A stretch of DNA of 64,000 nt from Nitrospirales bacterium (GTDB lineage Bacteria; Nitrospirota; Nitrospiria; Nitrospirales; UBA8639), in assembly GCA_963555755.3 (NCBI GenBank), contig OY820905.2:3168001-3232000 (forward strand), in the 5' to 3' direction. The translations under genes and the position numbers were made by a program. Shown here one piece after another: positions 29,871 through 40,287 of the stretch. Below the pieces are notes generated by a model that did not search any database, had not been told where the DNA came from, and saw only the letters and a program-made list of their open reading frames with translations. Positions within the stretch are counted from its first letter, which is position 1, and every line of letters begins with the position of its first letter.

Positions 29871-30298
29871 TCATGGGAAATGTAGGCTGGAAGGACTGGT
29901 CGAATTACGGTCAGCAGGAGATCACCGTCAGGTCAAGTACGACGACGACGTTTAAGACTAACTTAAACTACCGGGATACCTGGCACGGCGCCGTCGGCAT
30001 GCAATATTGGGTTGATCCCCGTTGGTTACTCTCGACGGGCTTTGCATTCGACACCTCTCCTGTTTCGGACACAGACCGGACTGTCACTTTTGCGGTGGAT
30101 CAACAATATCGTGTATCCGGTGGTGCCCAGTATGTGTGGTGTGAGGATGTAACCCTTGGTGTGGCCTATACATTTTTTAATGGAGGAGACGCCGCGATCG
30201 ATCAAACCCGCGGTCCTTTGGCCGGCCGGCTCCAGGGCGAACTCTCAAATAATGAAATCCATTTCATAAACTTTACAATAAAGAAGTTATTTAAGTAG
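29867..30298 (+). pseudogene. C-terminal fragment of a FadL/OmpP1-like outer membrane protein
   Basis: WKDWS, YRDTWHGAVG, GFAFDTSPV; no signal peptide; abuts the DUF559 fragment back-to-back. Confidence 0.7.
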
Positions 30299-30625
30299 GG
30301 TTGATGGGGGGATCAATCATATGGGTTGGTCAGAGCCGTAACATGGTGAGTATGGCAACATAGAAGGCACACCGTGATTCCACGTAACCCCCGATTTGCA
30401 ATGAGTGAAATCGGAACGCGTCGCAGTAGACACAGGCTATATCACGGGCATAAGAGTCCTGTTAGATTTTTAGTCGAGTTATTCCCCCTTTGGAAAAGGG
30501 GGATAGGGGGATTTTCAAAATATTTTTTCCGCTGATGCATGCGGCGGGAATAATTTATTGAAATGGTTGGGAAAGAAGAACAAAATGAAAGCAATAATTT
30601 ATTCACCTCAGTGAGGGAGGTCTTC

Positions 30626-31270
30626 ATGTTTAAGCACATCAAAATTGTTATGGCATGCTTGCTAGTGAGTCTCATGCCTGTGTTGATTTCCGGTTGCGCC
30701 GGACCAGAGACGGCCAGAACGGGGTTTCTGAAAGATTACTCTAAGCTGAAACCTCACCCTGAAGTGGACGGTCGTTTTCGGTATATCAATCCCAAAATGA
30801 ATGTGGGTGATTATTCAAAGTTTATCGTTGACCCTATTATCCTGAGTTTATCTAAAGAGGGGAAAGAGGAGGAGATTGATCAAGAAGATCTGAATGAGCA
30901 GGTCACGTTTTTCCATAAAACGATTGTGGAAAAACTCGAAACAGGTTACCGAGTCGTGAACAGTCCGGGGAAAGGGGTGGCACGGTTGCGTGTGGCCATT
31001 ACCCATATCGACAAGACCAACCCCGCCTTAAATATCCACCCGGGGACCAAATTGACCGGGGCCGGGTTAGGTGGGGCCGGAATGGAAGCGGAACTGGTTG
31101 ATTCGGTGAGCGGAGAAACCATTGGTAGCGCCATTGATTTTCAGAAAGGGTCCCGACTGAGTTTGATGGCTGGTCTGAAATGGTTTGGCCATGCACAAGC
31201 CGTGATGGAGGATTGGGCTGAAGACCTGAAAAAATTCATCGATAAGGGTCACGGGAAGAAGTCTGAATAA
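30626..31270 (+). CDS. DUF3313-type lipoprotein
   Basis: RBS GGAGG, lipobox ISGC, TGFLKDYS, ARLRVAIT. Confidence 0.8.
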   Translation: MFKHIKIVMACLLVSLMPVLISGCAGPETARTGFLKDYSKLKPHPEVDGRFRYINPKMNVGDYSKFIVDPIILSLSKEGKEEEIDQEDLNEQVTFFHKTIVEKLETGYRVVNSPGKGVARLRVAITHIDKTNPALNIHPGTKLTGAGLGGAGMEAELVDSVSGETIGSAIDFQKGSRLSLMAGLKWFGHAQAVMEDWAEDLKKFIDKGHGKKSE

Positions 31271-31474
31271 ATCTGAGCTTGCTAATTCCCCGTAGCCTGT
31301 AACGGGGTAATCATTTATGCCTGCCATGAGTGTTATCGAAGGGTTTCCCCTTTGGAAAATCCCCCCATCCCCCCTTTTGCAAAGGGGGGCTAGGGGGGCT
31401 AGGGGGGATTTAGTATTCCGATTTTTTTCTAAATACCCCGTCAGCTTACTGGGGGATCTTCATTGGAGCCCAAC

Positions 31475-32776
31475 ATGTATTCAATCCACCTTCCGAAATT
31501 ATCTCCAGTTTTAAGAATTCTGTTTCTTCTTTCGGCCATAGTTTTTCTTGGCGGCCTACCAGCCAATGCCCAAAAAGAGGAGCCAAATTTTGAGCTTCCG
31601 ATTGGAATTCAGGCTTCAAATGTTTTACCCAGGGAAATGCTGCGAGGCCCCAATCATGACGTGCAGGAATACGTTGTGACGTATATCGGCTTCACCCATC
31701 ACTTTACGATTGACTCCAAATTTGGACAGTTCAAGGCAACCGGAAATGGCATGGTTCCCGTGCGGATTAAAGAAATCAACGTCATTGCCAGACTGGAGAA
31801 AATGAAAAATTCTGACAAGTTTTTGGATGGATTAAAAGAATCGGGAGGCACATTAGTAGAAAGTACTAAAAATCTGGTGCTGCATCCAATTGATACGGTG
31901 GGAGGTTTCCCTTCAGGACTTTCCAATATCTTCGGGGATATCGGAGTGGTAACCCATAGTGTTATGGAAGGAGAAACGTCTGTTGGCCAAGCCACTGTAA
32001 AAGTCGGGGATGCACTAGTGGGGTTTTCCCGGAATAAACGCGAATTGGCCTTTAGTCTTGGAGTGAATCGATTTTCTGACAACAAGGTATTGCATGAATA
32101 TCTCAACAGCGTTGCCTGGGCCACCACGGGAGGTACATTTGCCGTAGACTTGGGAAAGATGGCCGTCAGCGGTCCTGCAGGGTCAGTGTTAACGGGTTTG
32201 TCTTTAACGAGAACCATGGGAAGGATGCTGCGGGATAACACCATCCCGGGCCTTCAGAGGATGAATGAGGAGGCACTCGAAGGCATGGGATTTACAGAAT
32301 CTACCATCAATCGATTTATTGGGAACAAAAAGCTGACGCCCCGTCATCAAACGGCGATCACTCTATCTTTAGTCTCTTTAAGTAAGGCCAAAAACCGCGA
32401 AAAAATTTTACACCTTGTTTCAACACACACCCGCACATTAGATGACGCAAATATGTATCAAGCGGTTGCGGCAATGATCGCAGCCTATAACAAGACCCAG
32501 GTTCCGATTACAGACGTCAGGGCTGTGGGAAATGTGCTCTTATTTCGAAATGAAAAAGGTTCCTCTGTGCTCACCTATCCCATTGATAATTTTTTCTGGA
32601 CCAAACACACCGCGGAAAAAACGAAAAAGGTGTTAGGGCGATTGCCTTCGAAGGATAGAAAGGAGCTTTGGATTTCAGGAACATTTTCAGCCCTGGCTGC
32701 AAAAAAACTACATGAGCTGGGTTGGGTGTTGCACGACCAGTCCATGGCGAAATTGAAAATGGTGAATCCCTATTAA
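31475..32776 (+). CDS. Secreted hypothetical protein
   Basis: Signal peptide ending ANA; ~433 aa ORF. Confidence 0.7.
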   Translation: MYSIHLPKLSPVLRILFLLSAIVFLGGLPANAQKEEPNFELPIGIQASNVLPREMLRGPNHDVQEYVVTYIGFTHHFTIDSKFGQFKATGNGMVPVRIKEINVIARLEKMKNSDKFLDGLKESGGTLVESTKNLVLHPIDTVGGFPSGLSNIFGDIGVVTHSVMEGETSVGQATVKVGDALVGFSRNKRELAFSLGVNRFSDNKVLHEYLNSVAWATTGGTFAVDLGKMAVSGPAGSVLTGLSLTRTMGRMLRDNTIPGLQRMNEEALEGMGFTESTINRFIGNKKLTPRHQTAITLSLVSLSKAKNREKILHLVSTHTRTLDDANMYQAVAAMIAAYNKTQVPITDVRAVGNVLLFRNEKGSSVLTYPIDNFFWTKHTAEKTKKVLGRLPSKDRKELWISGTFSALAAKKLHELGWVLHDQSMAKLKMVNPY

Positions 32777-32920
32777 ATTTGGGGCCGCCCAGGAAGACTG
32801 TGTCTTGGGATGCCTGTTGTAATATTTTCTTGAGTTCTTTGCGCAGGGCCTGAGCGATGGATGATTTAGGCTTACCACAAGGTCGCGAGATATCGATTTC
32901 AACAAAGTGAGGTTTTTACC

Positions 32921-33733
32921 ATGCGAATCCATGAGCCCTTCAAAACAAGCATGATCTCTCAAGGAGAAAGACGATCTCTTCTTCCTCATTACATAATTCT
33001 GGGCTGTTTCGCCGTGTTGTTATTTGTGGGGTGTGCCAGTGTGGAAACCCAGACCCACAAGAAATACCTTGGCGGAGAACCACTGGTCAAACCTGACAAG
33101 CTCCTGATATACGACTTTGCCTTTACGCGTGATCAGGTTCAGCTTGACGAGGGAATTGGTAAAGATCTCACAAAACTCTTGAAGGGGAGGGAGGGAATCC
33201 CAAAGCGGGAATTGGAATTTGCGGTCGGCCGAAAGGTGGCCAATGCGTTGTCAGCAAACCTCGTGACCGAGCTAGGAGCATATGGAATTCTGGCGGCGAG
33301 AGCGACTCGTACTCCCTCAACCACAGAAAATGTGCTCATGGTCAAAGGCCAATTCGTGTCCATCGATGAAGGAAATTCCACGCAGCGCATGGTGGTTGGA
33401 TTTGGGCTGGGCCGAAGCATCGTGCGGGCTCAGGGCCAGGTCTACCAAATGACCCCTCAGGGAAAACGGCACATCGGTGGGTTCGACTCGGAGGTAAAGA
33501 CCGGAAGGAAACCAGGCATGGGTCCGATGGTGGGGGCTGGGGCTGCTATGGGAAACATTGCCATGTCTGCCGGTGTAAGCGGTGCAATAGGCATTGCTTC
33601 AGAAAGTTCCGATTCGCTCCCCTTTTCGGCCAGCCTGGATGCCAACGTAAAGAAAATGGCCAAGGAGCTCGCAAACAAAGCCGCAAAACGCTATGTCAGG
33701 GAAGGATGGTTACCCCCGCAGGTACTTAAATAA
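32921..33733 (+). CDS. DUF4410-type lipoprotein
   Basis: Lipobox FVGC; IDEGN..RMVVGFGLGRS motif. Confidence 0.75.
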   Translation: MRIHEPFKTSMISQGERRSLLPHYIILGCFAVLLFVGCASVETQTHKKYLGGEPLVKPDKLLIYDFAFTRDQVQLDEGIGKDLTKLLKGREGIPKRELEFAVGRKVANALSANLVTELGAYGILAARATRTPSTTENVLMVKGQFVSIDEGNSTQRMVVGFGLGRSIVRAQGQVYQMTPQGKRHIGGFDSEVKTGRKPGMGPMVGAGAAMGNIAMSAGVSGAIGIASESSDSLPFSASLDANVKKMAKELANKAAKRYVREGWLPPQVLK

Positions 33734-33734
33734 C

Positions 33735-34005
33735 TGTAAAAACTTAGACTTTATCTGTCAGGCAGCACTTGATGCTATGCACATTCAATGGTTGAGGGCC
33801 ATGGCCTGCGTATCTTCGTCCTGTCATTCCCGACATTCGTTATCGGGAATCCATCTTGCCGTTTCTTGCAAGGGAAAGGCAGAAAACCTGGATCCCCGAT
33901 GAAGGACGTCGGGGATGACGGAAAGAGAGTTTCTCCTGTCGGCAACCGACTCCTTTCGGCCTTTCCATCTGACAATGTCTGAAAGATAAAATACAAGTTT
34001 TTACA
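33735..34005. mobile_element. 271-bp MITE with TG...CA ends and a GTCAT-type REP doublet
   Basis: TIR TGTAAAAACTT..TTTATCT.TCAG; flanks AATAAC/AATAAA; absent from the duplicated segment near 52785 (empty site). Confidence 0.75.
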
Positions 34006-34132
34006 AATAAACGGTGCTTCCGTGTTTTCCGTGGGCAACCTCCAGTCTCCGGATCCTTTTTTGAAATGAATCTACTTCTCATTCCTCTCCTTTGTAAGGA
34101 GAGGCGAGGAGAGGTAGAATATTGGGGTTATC

Positions 34133-34836
34133 GTGCAGAAAGAAGAAAAGCTAGGAGTCATACGAGGCAGTGGCAATATTTTTCAGGATTTTGGTCATGG
34201 CGATGGAGAGTTGCGTCATCTCAAATGCCAGTTGGCGGCGGAAATCATCGGCGTGCTCGATGATAACGGTTGGTCGGTCAGACAGGCTCAAAAGGAAACT
34301 GGTTTTGATGCCGGAGACTTTTCTCGTATTCGGAATGCGGACTTCAAAGGGATCACACTCGATAAAGTGGTAAGGATGCTGGAGAAGCTAAATCTCCGGA
34401 TGAAGCCGAAGTTTGAAAAAATAGGACCAGTTGCAATTTTGGTGGAATTGGGACCTATTCCATGGCCCGCCGGAGGTCATGGGGATCGTGTTGAGGGGTG
34501 CACAGCCTGTCAGGTGTGGCGGGAATGGCGAGATTTCTCCCAAGGGTCGAAATGACAAGAGGGGGAAGGGGTAAGAAGCAAGTCTGGTTGGAGGAACAAC
34601 CCAAAGGCTCCCTGCTGTCATTTCGAGTGCAAGGAGAAATCTCTTGGCCCGAGAGAACGTGACCCGGGTGGGAATGGGGGAGAGTTCCTCCAAGGGTCGA
34701 AATGACAACGGACAACGTGTGATACGGGCGAAGCGTCATAGAGTTTAGCCTACCTCCACCAAAATTGAGATTGATCCAAAAAATACCCAACCCTTCACGT
34801 CGAAGAGCACACAAGGACCCTCTCGTTTCTGTATGA
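34133..34836 (+). pseudogene. Orphan copy of the XRE/HTH antitoxin, lacking its start and interrupted by a MITE
   Basis: Near-identical to 51581-51925; split by 34424-34777; toxin gene absent. Confidence 0.85.
34424..34777. mobile_element. ISL3-type MITE (354 bp), copy 1
   Basis: Imperfect TIR GGA(C/T)CA....CAATTTTGGTGGA; 8-bp TSD AAAAAATA; second copy at 39757-40111. Confidence 0.88.
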
Positions 34837-34849
34837 GGCGTTACAGTCT

Positions 34850-35905
34850 TCAATTTTCGTAAGCGTAGCCGATGGTGACAAGGCCCTTGACATCTGAGGA
34901 GTCTGTCCCTTCAGATGGAGTATTATTGTATTTATAATTTATTTGTAACGAGAAGTTTAAGCCTTTCCAAAGCTTAAACCGGATTCCTTGAATGGTGTTG
35001 ACATAAAAATCACTCGTATCTTCCGTTGATGGAAACCCCTGTTGCCTGTGAAAGATTATTACGTCGTCTACAATCGGCCAATCCAAATTTACTGACCAGC
35101 GCCAGGTAAAGAAATTTATATCCTCTCCGATCTTTTTGTCTTCATTAAAAAAACCAACTCCAACATCTCCCGCAAGCTCCATTTCACGAAAATACGGGCT
35201 GGCATAGTCTCCCTTGTCAATGAGTTGATAGCCCGGGCCTGCGCTAACACTCGTGCGAAGGTTTAAATCATCAAAAGTATCTTGTTCCAGGAGAGTACTG
35301 AGGAATACATACGTGCGTTTTGTCATAAAAAAGTCCAATTGCCCGGACCCAAAAGCGTTTCTATCAGTTACCCTTTTATCATCTTCTGAATAAAAATATC
35401 GAGCCTCAAGTCTCAGCCGGAGCCGTTCACTCCGAGCCGAAAATTTACTTAACAAGTTCGCCTGTTTATTGACTGCGTTTCCTTCACTAAATTTTGCACC
35501 GAAATCGACATTTGCTTGATACAGCACAGCCTTTTTTGGGGGCGGGTTAATGGCCGTAATAGTGGATAAGGAGATGGGGATGGTCATGGCCAAAGGCTTA
35601 GATGCGAGTCGCAGTTCCCCTGGTTCGCCCTTTTCTAATGTACCGTTGATGCTGGTCCCATCCGCTAAAATCAGAGTGACGGACTGACTCGTGGCTATAT
35701 TCTGAACCTCTTCCCACTTGATGAGGAACGGGTCTCCGGCGCCAAAAGGCGCTTCAACTTGGAGTTTTCCTTTGACCATCTGGTTGATATCACCGTGTAT
35801 GATACTTCCATCCTTCATGATAATGGAGCTCAACACTCCTCCAAAGCTTGGGCCAGGCGCCCAAAAGATTAAACAAAACAAAAAAAGCACCCACCGGTGA
35901 ATCAT
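34850..35905 (-). CDS. DUF481-type outer membrane beta-barrel protein
   Basis: Signal peptide, DGSIIHG repeats, beta-strand pattern, GPGYQ, terminal IGYAY. Confidence 0.75.
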   Translation of the reverse strand: MIHRWVLFLFCLIFWAPGPSFGGVLSSIIMKDGSIIHGDINQMVKGKLQVEAPFGAGDPFLIKWEEVQNIATSQSVTLILADGTSINGTLEKGEPGELRLASKPLAMTIPISLSTITAINPPPKKAVLYQANVDFGAKFSEGNAVNKQANLLSKFSARSERLRLRLEARYFYSEDDKRVTDRNAFGSGQLDFFMTKRTYVFLSTLLEQDTFDDLNLRTSVSAGPGYQLIDKGDYASPYFREMELAGDVGVGFFNEDKKIGEDINFFTWRWSVNLDWPIVDDVIIFHRQQGFPSTEDTSDFYVNTIQGIRFKLWKGLNFSLQINYKYNNTPSEGTDSSDVKGLVTIGYAYEN

Positions 35906-36194
35906 CAAGAAGGTCCTTGTTGGTATTATCAACTTAGTGCGATTGGAACGATACAGGGCTCGTCGGCAGGCAGTTGTGTGATTCGCCATGCACCGGCTAC
36001 CGCATTACAAACCAGAAAAGCACGAGTGCGCAATATCTGATGGTGGACCGCTTGTAACACCTGTAACATGTGACGGCCGACACGAAAAAGATTCTCTGTA
36101 AAGTGGTCGGGAAAGTCAATAAGGTGGACGGGAAAGTTAAACTGTTTTTTTGAGTGAGATAGGTGGACTCTTTTCGTTATGCTGTCTGCTTCAA

Positions 36195-36357
36195 CCTAGA
36201 AACGGCAGTTGGGCGCAAAAAAGCCGTATAAGATATTGGTGTGCATGGTGAAATAAAAAAAGTCGTGTTCACCTTGGTGGTGATGAGACATTTTTTTATT
36301 GTGCCAGGTGCATCAAGAGCTTGCGTGGACTTTTGTGATCCAACTGCTGTTTCTAGG
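36195..36357. mobile_element. 163-bp MITE (IS1380-like ends)
   Basis: TIR CCTAGAAAC.GCAGTTGG; TSD TTCAA; sister of 2806-3133. Confidence 0.8.
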
Positions 36358-36402
36358 TTCAATACCGTATTTCCAAAGTATATTTCTGCCGGCCCCTTTC
36401 AA

Positions 36403-36626
36403 CCCGGATTCCGCAATAGGAAATAATGACTCTTCCCCAGTTGTCATTTCGACCAACGGGAGAAATCTTTGCACATTGGAAAAGATCTCTCGCTCTGCTC
36501 GAGACAAGGATTTCTCACATCCGTTCGAAATGACAAGAGGGATACGGCCTAAGCCTTCATCCTCGTGTTTTGTCGGGGCTGTAACAATAACAACCTGGTG
36601 TGTGTTTTCTAACTGCTGAATCCGGG
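36403..36626. mobile_element. MITE with CCCGGATTC ends carrying GTCATTTCG-type REPs
   Basis: TIR CCCGGATTC(C/A)GCA; flanks TTCAA/ATCAA. Confidence 0.65.
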
Positions 36627-37039
36627 ATCAAAGGGATGAGGGTGGAGAAAACTCGTATTTCCCCTGGTTCAAAAGTGTGTAAAAAAAACATGGTTTGTGG
36701 ATCTGTCGGGGTATGGTTGTGGAGAAGAAGGGGAAAATCCCCCCTTCCCCCCTTTGCAAAGGGGGGAATTTAGTTTTTCCTTTACATTTTTACATACCCC
36801 ATAGTCATACTCGGGGAATCTTCGTTATTCAGCTCTTCCTGAAATCATGCAACTGTTGATTCTTCCATTCCTCTTCATCTTCATCCCCCTCTTTGCAAAG
36901 GGGGGGAAGGGGGGATTTAGCAGAGGCCTTCATCGATTCCGTGATGACCACTCAGCCTTTTCTACCCTCTACCAGAATTGCGATTGATCCTGTTTTGCCA
37001 GGGTAATCTTCGTTTGGAACCACACAATTTTTGTGGCCG

Positions 37040-37291
37040 TTATCTTGTGGTCAGAGATTCCTCAATCGCCCTCCGAATATATTTCTGGTAAGAGATGCCT
37101 TGCTTGGTGGCTTTTTTGCGGACCTCCGAAAGTAGCTCAGGGGGGAAGCGCAGATTGACTTTTGCCGTTTTCGGGAGAAACTCAAAGGTCACCTGTTGGG
37201 CTTTTCGGGGATCAATATAGTCGGTCAGGTCCTGTTCCAGAAACTGTTCAGCTTCTTTGTCGGATTTAAATTTTGGCAATTTTTTCTTCAT
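37040..37291 (-). CDS. BrnA/CopG-type antitoxin
   Basis: LPKFKSDKEAEQF, VNLRFP, GISYQKYIR; overlaps brnT. Confidence 0.85.
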   Translation of the reverse strand: MKKKLPKFKSDKEAEQFLEQDLTDYIDPRKAQQVTFEFLPKTAKVNLRFPPELLSEVRKKATKQGISYQKYIRRAIEESLTTR

Positions 37292-37568
37292 ATTCCTGAG
37301 CCTCCTTCTTGTGCATGTATCTGGCACTGATGGGCCTGATTAGTGTTGCATCCTCCCGGATCCGAAAGGTAAAAGCTACCAACATGGGTCTCCCTTTGAG
37401 AGACGGGCCGTAGGCGATATACCTTTCTTCCAATTGGGAGTGATGAATATCCGGCATGATAAACAGCCCGGGCTGGCGAAAAAATTCTTCAATTTCTTTC
37501 AGGCCCAGGCGGTGTTTTCGGCATTTTTGCCTGTTGGCGAAATCCCAATCAAACCCTAAAGGCTGCAA
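37266..37568 (-). CDS. brnT: BrnT family toxin
   Basis: GFDWD..N..K..KH, HSQLEERY, IRPISARYM. Confidence 0.85.
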   Translation of the reverse strand: MQPLGFDWDFANRQKCRKHRLGLKEIEEFFRQPGLFIMPDIHHSQLEERYIAYGPSLKGRPMLVAFTFRIREDATLIRPISARYMHKKEAQEYEEKIAKI

Positions 37569-37903
37569 TTAAATCATATCCTAACCCTATCTATTTGTCC
37601 ATACAAACGTCAACCTAACATTTAGTGCCCCGCCCCCTATAATTCGGTCCAGTTTTCATTTCGTGATGGAGAGAGGTTTTGTTGACTCTTGATCAGCGGG
37701 CCAGAATGCTGTTTAAGGGAAATTATGTAGGAATTACTTCTTGTTAAAAAGGATGCTGTTCTCTATTCCAAAGGTAGGACTACTTTTTTGCCACTAATCC
37801 TCCGCCAGATTTTTCAAAATACCTTAAGCGGCAACAAATTCATTGAGCGTTAACCCGGTCGCGTCGATCCGAAAAGTTCTAAAATCGTCCAGTAGCCCCA
37901 GTA

Positions 37904-38083
37904 GGGAATGTTGAAAAAAGCCGCCAACGGCGTTCTCGCCTTTTTGACGCGCGGAGCGTACACTTTGTACGTGAGCACGGCAAAAGGGCGACCTGCCTAC
38001 GCGAAGCCGCTTCGGCAGGCATGGAACCGCTGGCTTGTCAGCCGTAGCTTTAGCGAAGGCTGGCGGCTTTTTTCAACATTTCC
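37904..38083. mobile_element. MITE of the GGGAATGTTGAA family with two hairpin insertions
   Basis: TIR GGGAATGTTGAAAAAAGCCGCCA; shares its core with 6776-7005, 47170-47291 and 53091. Confidence 0.8.
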
Positions 38084-38277
38084 TATATCAATGAGTCAGA
38101 CATAGAAGGAGACTGAGGATAATGACACGTTTCTCACGCACGATTTTGCTACTCGCAGCCATGGCCATGCTGACCACGCCGGCCCTAGCCCAGAATTTTG
38201 GGGACTTCAACATGGAGATTTTGGCTAAAAAACTCAAAGCGGATAAAAAACAAGTCGTCGCCATGAATATGGATTTG

Positions 38278-39289
38278 TATGCCTTCCCATTTAACTAAGG
38301 TTGCTTCAGTTTATTGAATCCCAAGGGTTTTGAGCTGCTGGTCAGGATTTTCAACAAACTCTGGAAGGTACTCATTGGAGTCTCACGGCGGTTATAGCGA
38401 AAGACAAACTCATCAAGATAGTGTTGCAGGTATTTTGAATCCACTCCATGGTGAATCCCGTTCAGCCAGGTCTGCAGATTGCCGAACGCTCTATGGATGT
38501 GTGGAGCGTGCTTCCCAGCACTTGCTGGGTCACCCTGGGTCCGTCTCAGGTGTTCGTATCCTGCCAAGGCTTTTGCCGAGTATCCCTTCCAACCATCGGA
38601 CTTGATCTTACTGCCCTCAGCGACATGGCTATTGAGGAATGCTTTGATCTCGTTCTCTCCAGCGTCTTGAAGAATCGCTAATCGTAAACGCCCTGCTTTC
38701 TCTCGAAAGTGATCCCCTTGTGTGTACGTGACAATTTCTACGGCTCCGGCTATTAACGTCTTGGTTTTCGCTTTCGCGACGCCACGGCCCGTTTTGCCTT
38801 TTACCGGTCCACCGATATGGGTTTCATCGGCTTCAACTGTTCCTGCGAGCCGTTCACGGTTCTGTCGTACCATTCCTCGTCGCAATCTGTGGAGCAAATA
38901 CCAGGCGCTATCCACCTTCTTGATACTGAGTTGACGCTGCAATTGCACAGCACTGATGCCAGGTGTGTGCGTGGAGACGAAATAGGCAGCCCAAAACCAA
39001 AGCCGTAGCGGCAAGTGCGATCTATGCATCACTGTGCCGCTTAGCGGTGATGTCTGTCTATGACACGACGAACACTCAAACCGGAAATATTTTTTGAGCC
39101 ACCAACCACCGCGATGACCGCAAGCTGGACACATAAACCCGTCTGGCCACCGAATCGCCCGCAAGTACTCGAAGCACGCTTCTTCGGTGTGGAACCTAAC
39201 AGAAAAATCCAAGATATCAGCAGCATACCCTGTGTCCATAGTCCAGCAGACTAGTCTAGGGACTAACCTTAGTCAAATGGGAAGGCATA
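38278..39289 (-). mobile_element. IS1595-family insertion sequence, copy 2 (1012 bp)
   Basis: Same TIR as copy 1; 8-bp TSD TGGATTTG. Confidence 0.93.
38295..39239 (-). CDS. IS1595-family transposase
   Basis: Protein identical to 13025-13969. Confidence 0.93.
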   Translation of the reverse strand: MDTGYAADILDFSVRFHTEEACFEYLRAIRWPDGFMCPACGHRGGWWLKKYFRFECSSCHRQTSPLSGTVMHRSHLPLRLWFWAAYFVSTHTPGISAVQLQRQLSIKKVDSAWYLLHRLRRGMVRQNRERLAGTVEADETHIGGPVKGKTGRGVAKAKTKTLIAGAVEIVTYTQGDHFREKAGRLRLAILQDAGENEIKAFLNSHVAEGSKIKSDGWKGYSAKALAGYEHLRRTQGDPASAGKHAPHIHRAFGNLQTWLNGIHHGVDSKYLQHYLDEFVFRYNRRETPMSTFQSLLKILTSSSKPLGFNKLKQP

Positions 39290-39624
39290 TGGATTTGAAT
39301 AGATTTGAAGCCATGAGTTTTTGGCCGTTGTACGATACCTATCAGGTCCAACTTCGGAAAATGAACCAACGGATAAAGACAATAATGAGGGAATATACTA
39401 TTGCTTACAGTAAAAGCGGGTTGGTCCCCGATCCCATAGCCCAAAAGCTTATAGAGGCTGTCCTCGTGACTGAGATTAAAGAATTGCAAATCAAACTTGC
39501 CAATTATCGAGCCGTCGAGTCAGTGTTACCTGCGGTAAAAGTTGCACGATATATGCAAATTGAAAGCAAAATCCGGGCTATTGAAAAGTTGAGAATGGCT
39601 AGTGAAGTCTCTTTAATCTATTAA

Positions 39625-40128
39625 GGGCACCTCTACAAACCAGGCATTTTTTGTGAGGGCAAGGAAGCCGCGCGCGGAAAACCGGAGTGTATGGGCGAAT
39701 ACATGAGGATGTGAGCACGCGGCTGACGCTGCCATCACGGAAAAGGACGGTTTTTAGGACCAGTTGCCATTTTGGTGGAATTGGGACCTATTCCATGGCC
39801 CGCCGGAGCTCATGGGGATCGTGTTGAGGGGTGCACAGCCTGCTCAGGTGTGGCGGGAATGGCGAGATTTCTCCCAAGGGTCGAAATGACAAGAGGGGGA
39901 AGGGGTAAGAAGCAAGTCTGGTTGGAGGAACAACCCAAAGGCTCCCTTCTGTCATTTCGAGTGCAAGGAGAAATCGCTTGGCCCGAGAGAACGTGACCCG
40001 GGTGGGAATGGGGGAGAGTTCCTCCAAGGGTCGAAATGACAACGGACAACGTGTGATACGGGCGAAGCGTCATAGAGTTTAGCCTACCTCCACCAAAATT
40101 GAGATTGATCCGGTTTTTAGAGGTGCCC
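39625..40128. mobile_element. 141-bp IS5-like MITE interrupted by an ISL3-type MITE
   Basis: TIR GGGCACCTCTA(C/A)AAACC; TSD TTAA; empty site visible at the paralog stop (40764); intact copy at 56711-56851. Confidence 0.85.
39757..40111. mobile_element. ISL3-type MITE, copy 2
   Basis: Near-identical to 34424-34777; 8-bp TSD GGTTTTTA. Confidence 0.88.
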
Positions 40129-40287
40129 TTAAGTTCCAATTCCATCATCATACAGCGGGTCGGGGGGAAGGCTACATTTTAAGAGCGGGCCGACGCAGGA
40201 GGGCATAGCGAGGTTCGAGCCTTACCGCATTCAGTGACCCAACCTTTTATATTTCAATGACTCATGCGTAGAAGGAGACTGAGGATA

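Larger units (their letters stand above)
38122..39624 (+). pseudogene. Small secreted protein disrupted by IS1595
   Basis: Collinear with the intact tandem paralog at 40288-40767; split at TGGATTTG. Confidence 0.88.

Noticed and set aside
34388..34853. Repeated 'MSFRPLEELSP' ORFs (also 39772-40151)
   Set aside because: They are translations of the ISL3-type MITE and its REP units
37627..37655. TGCCCCGCCCCCTATAATTCGGTCCAG resembling an IS3-family end
   Set aside because: No partner end or transposase found; too weak to call
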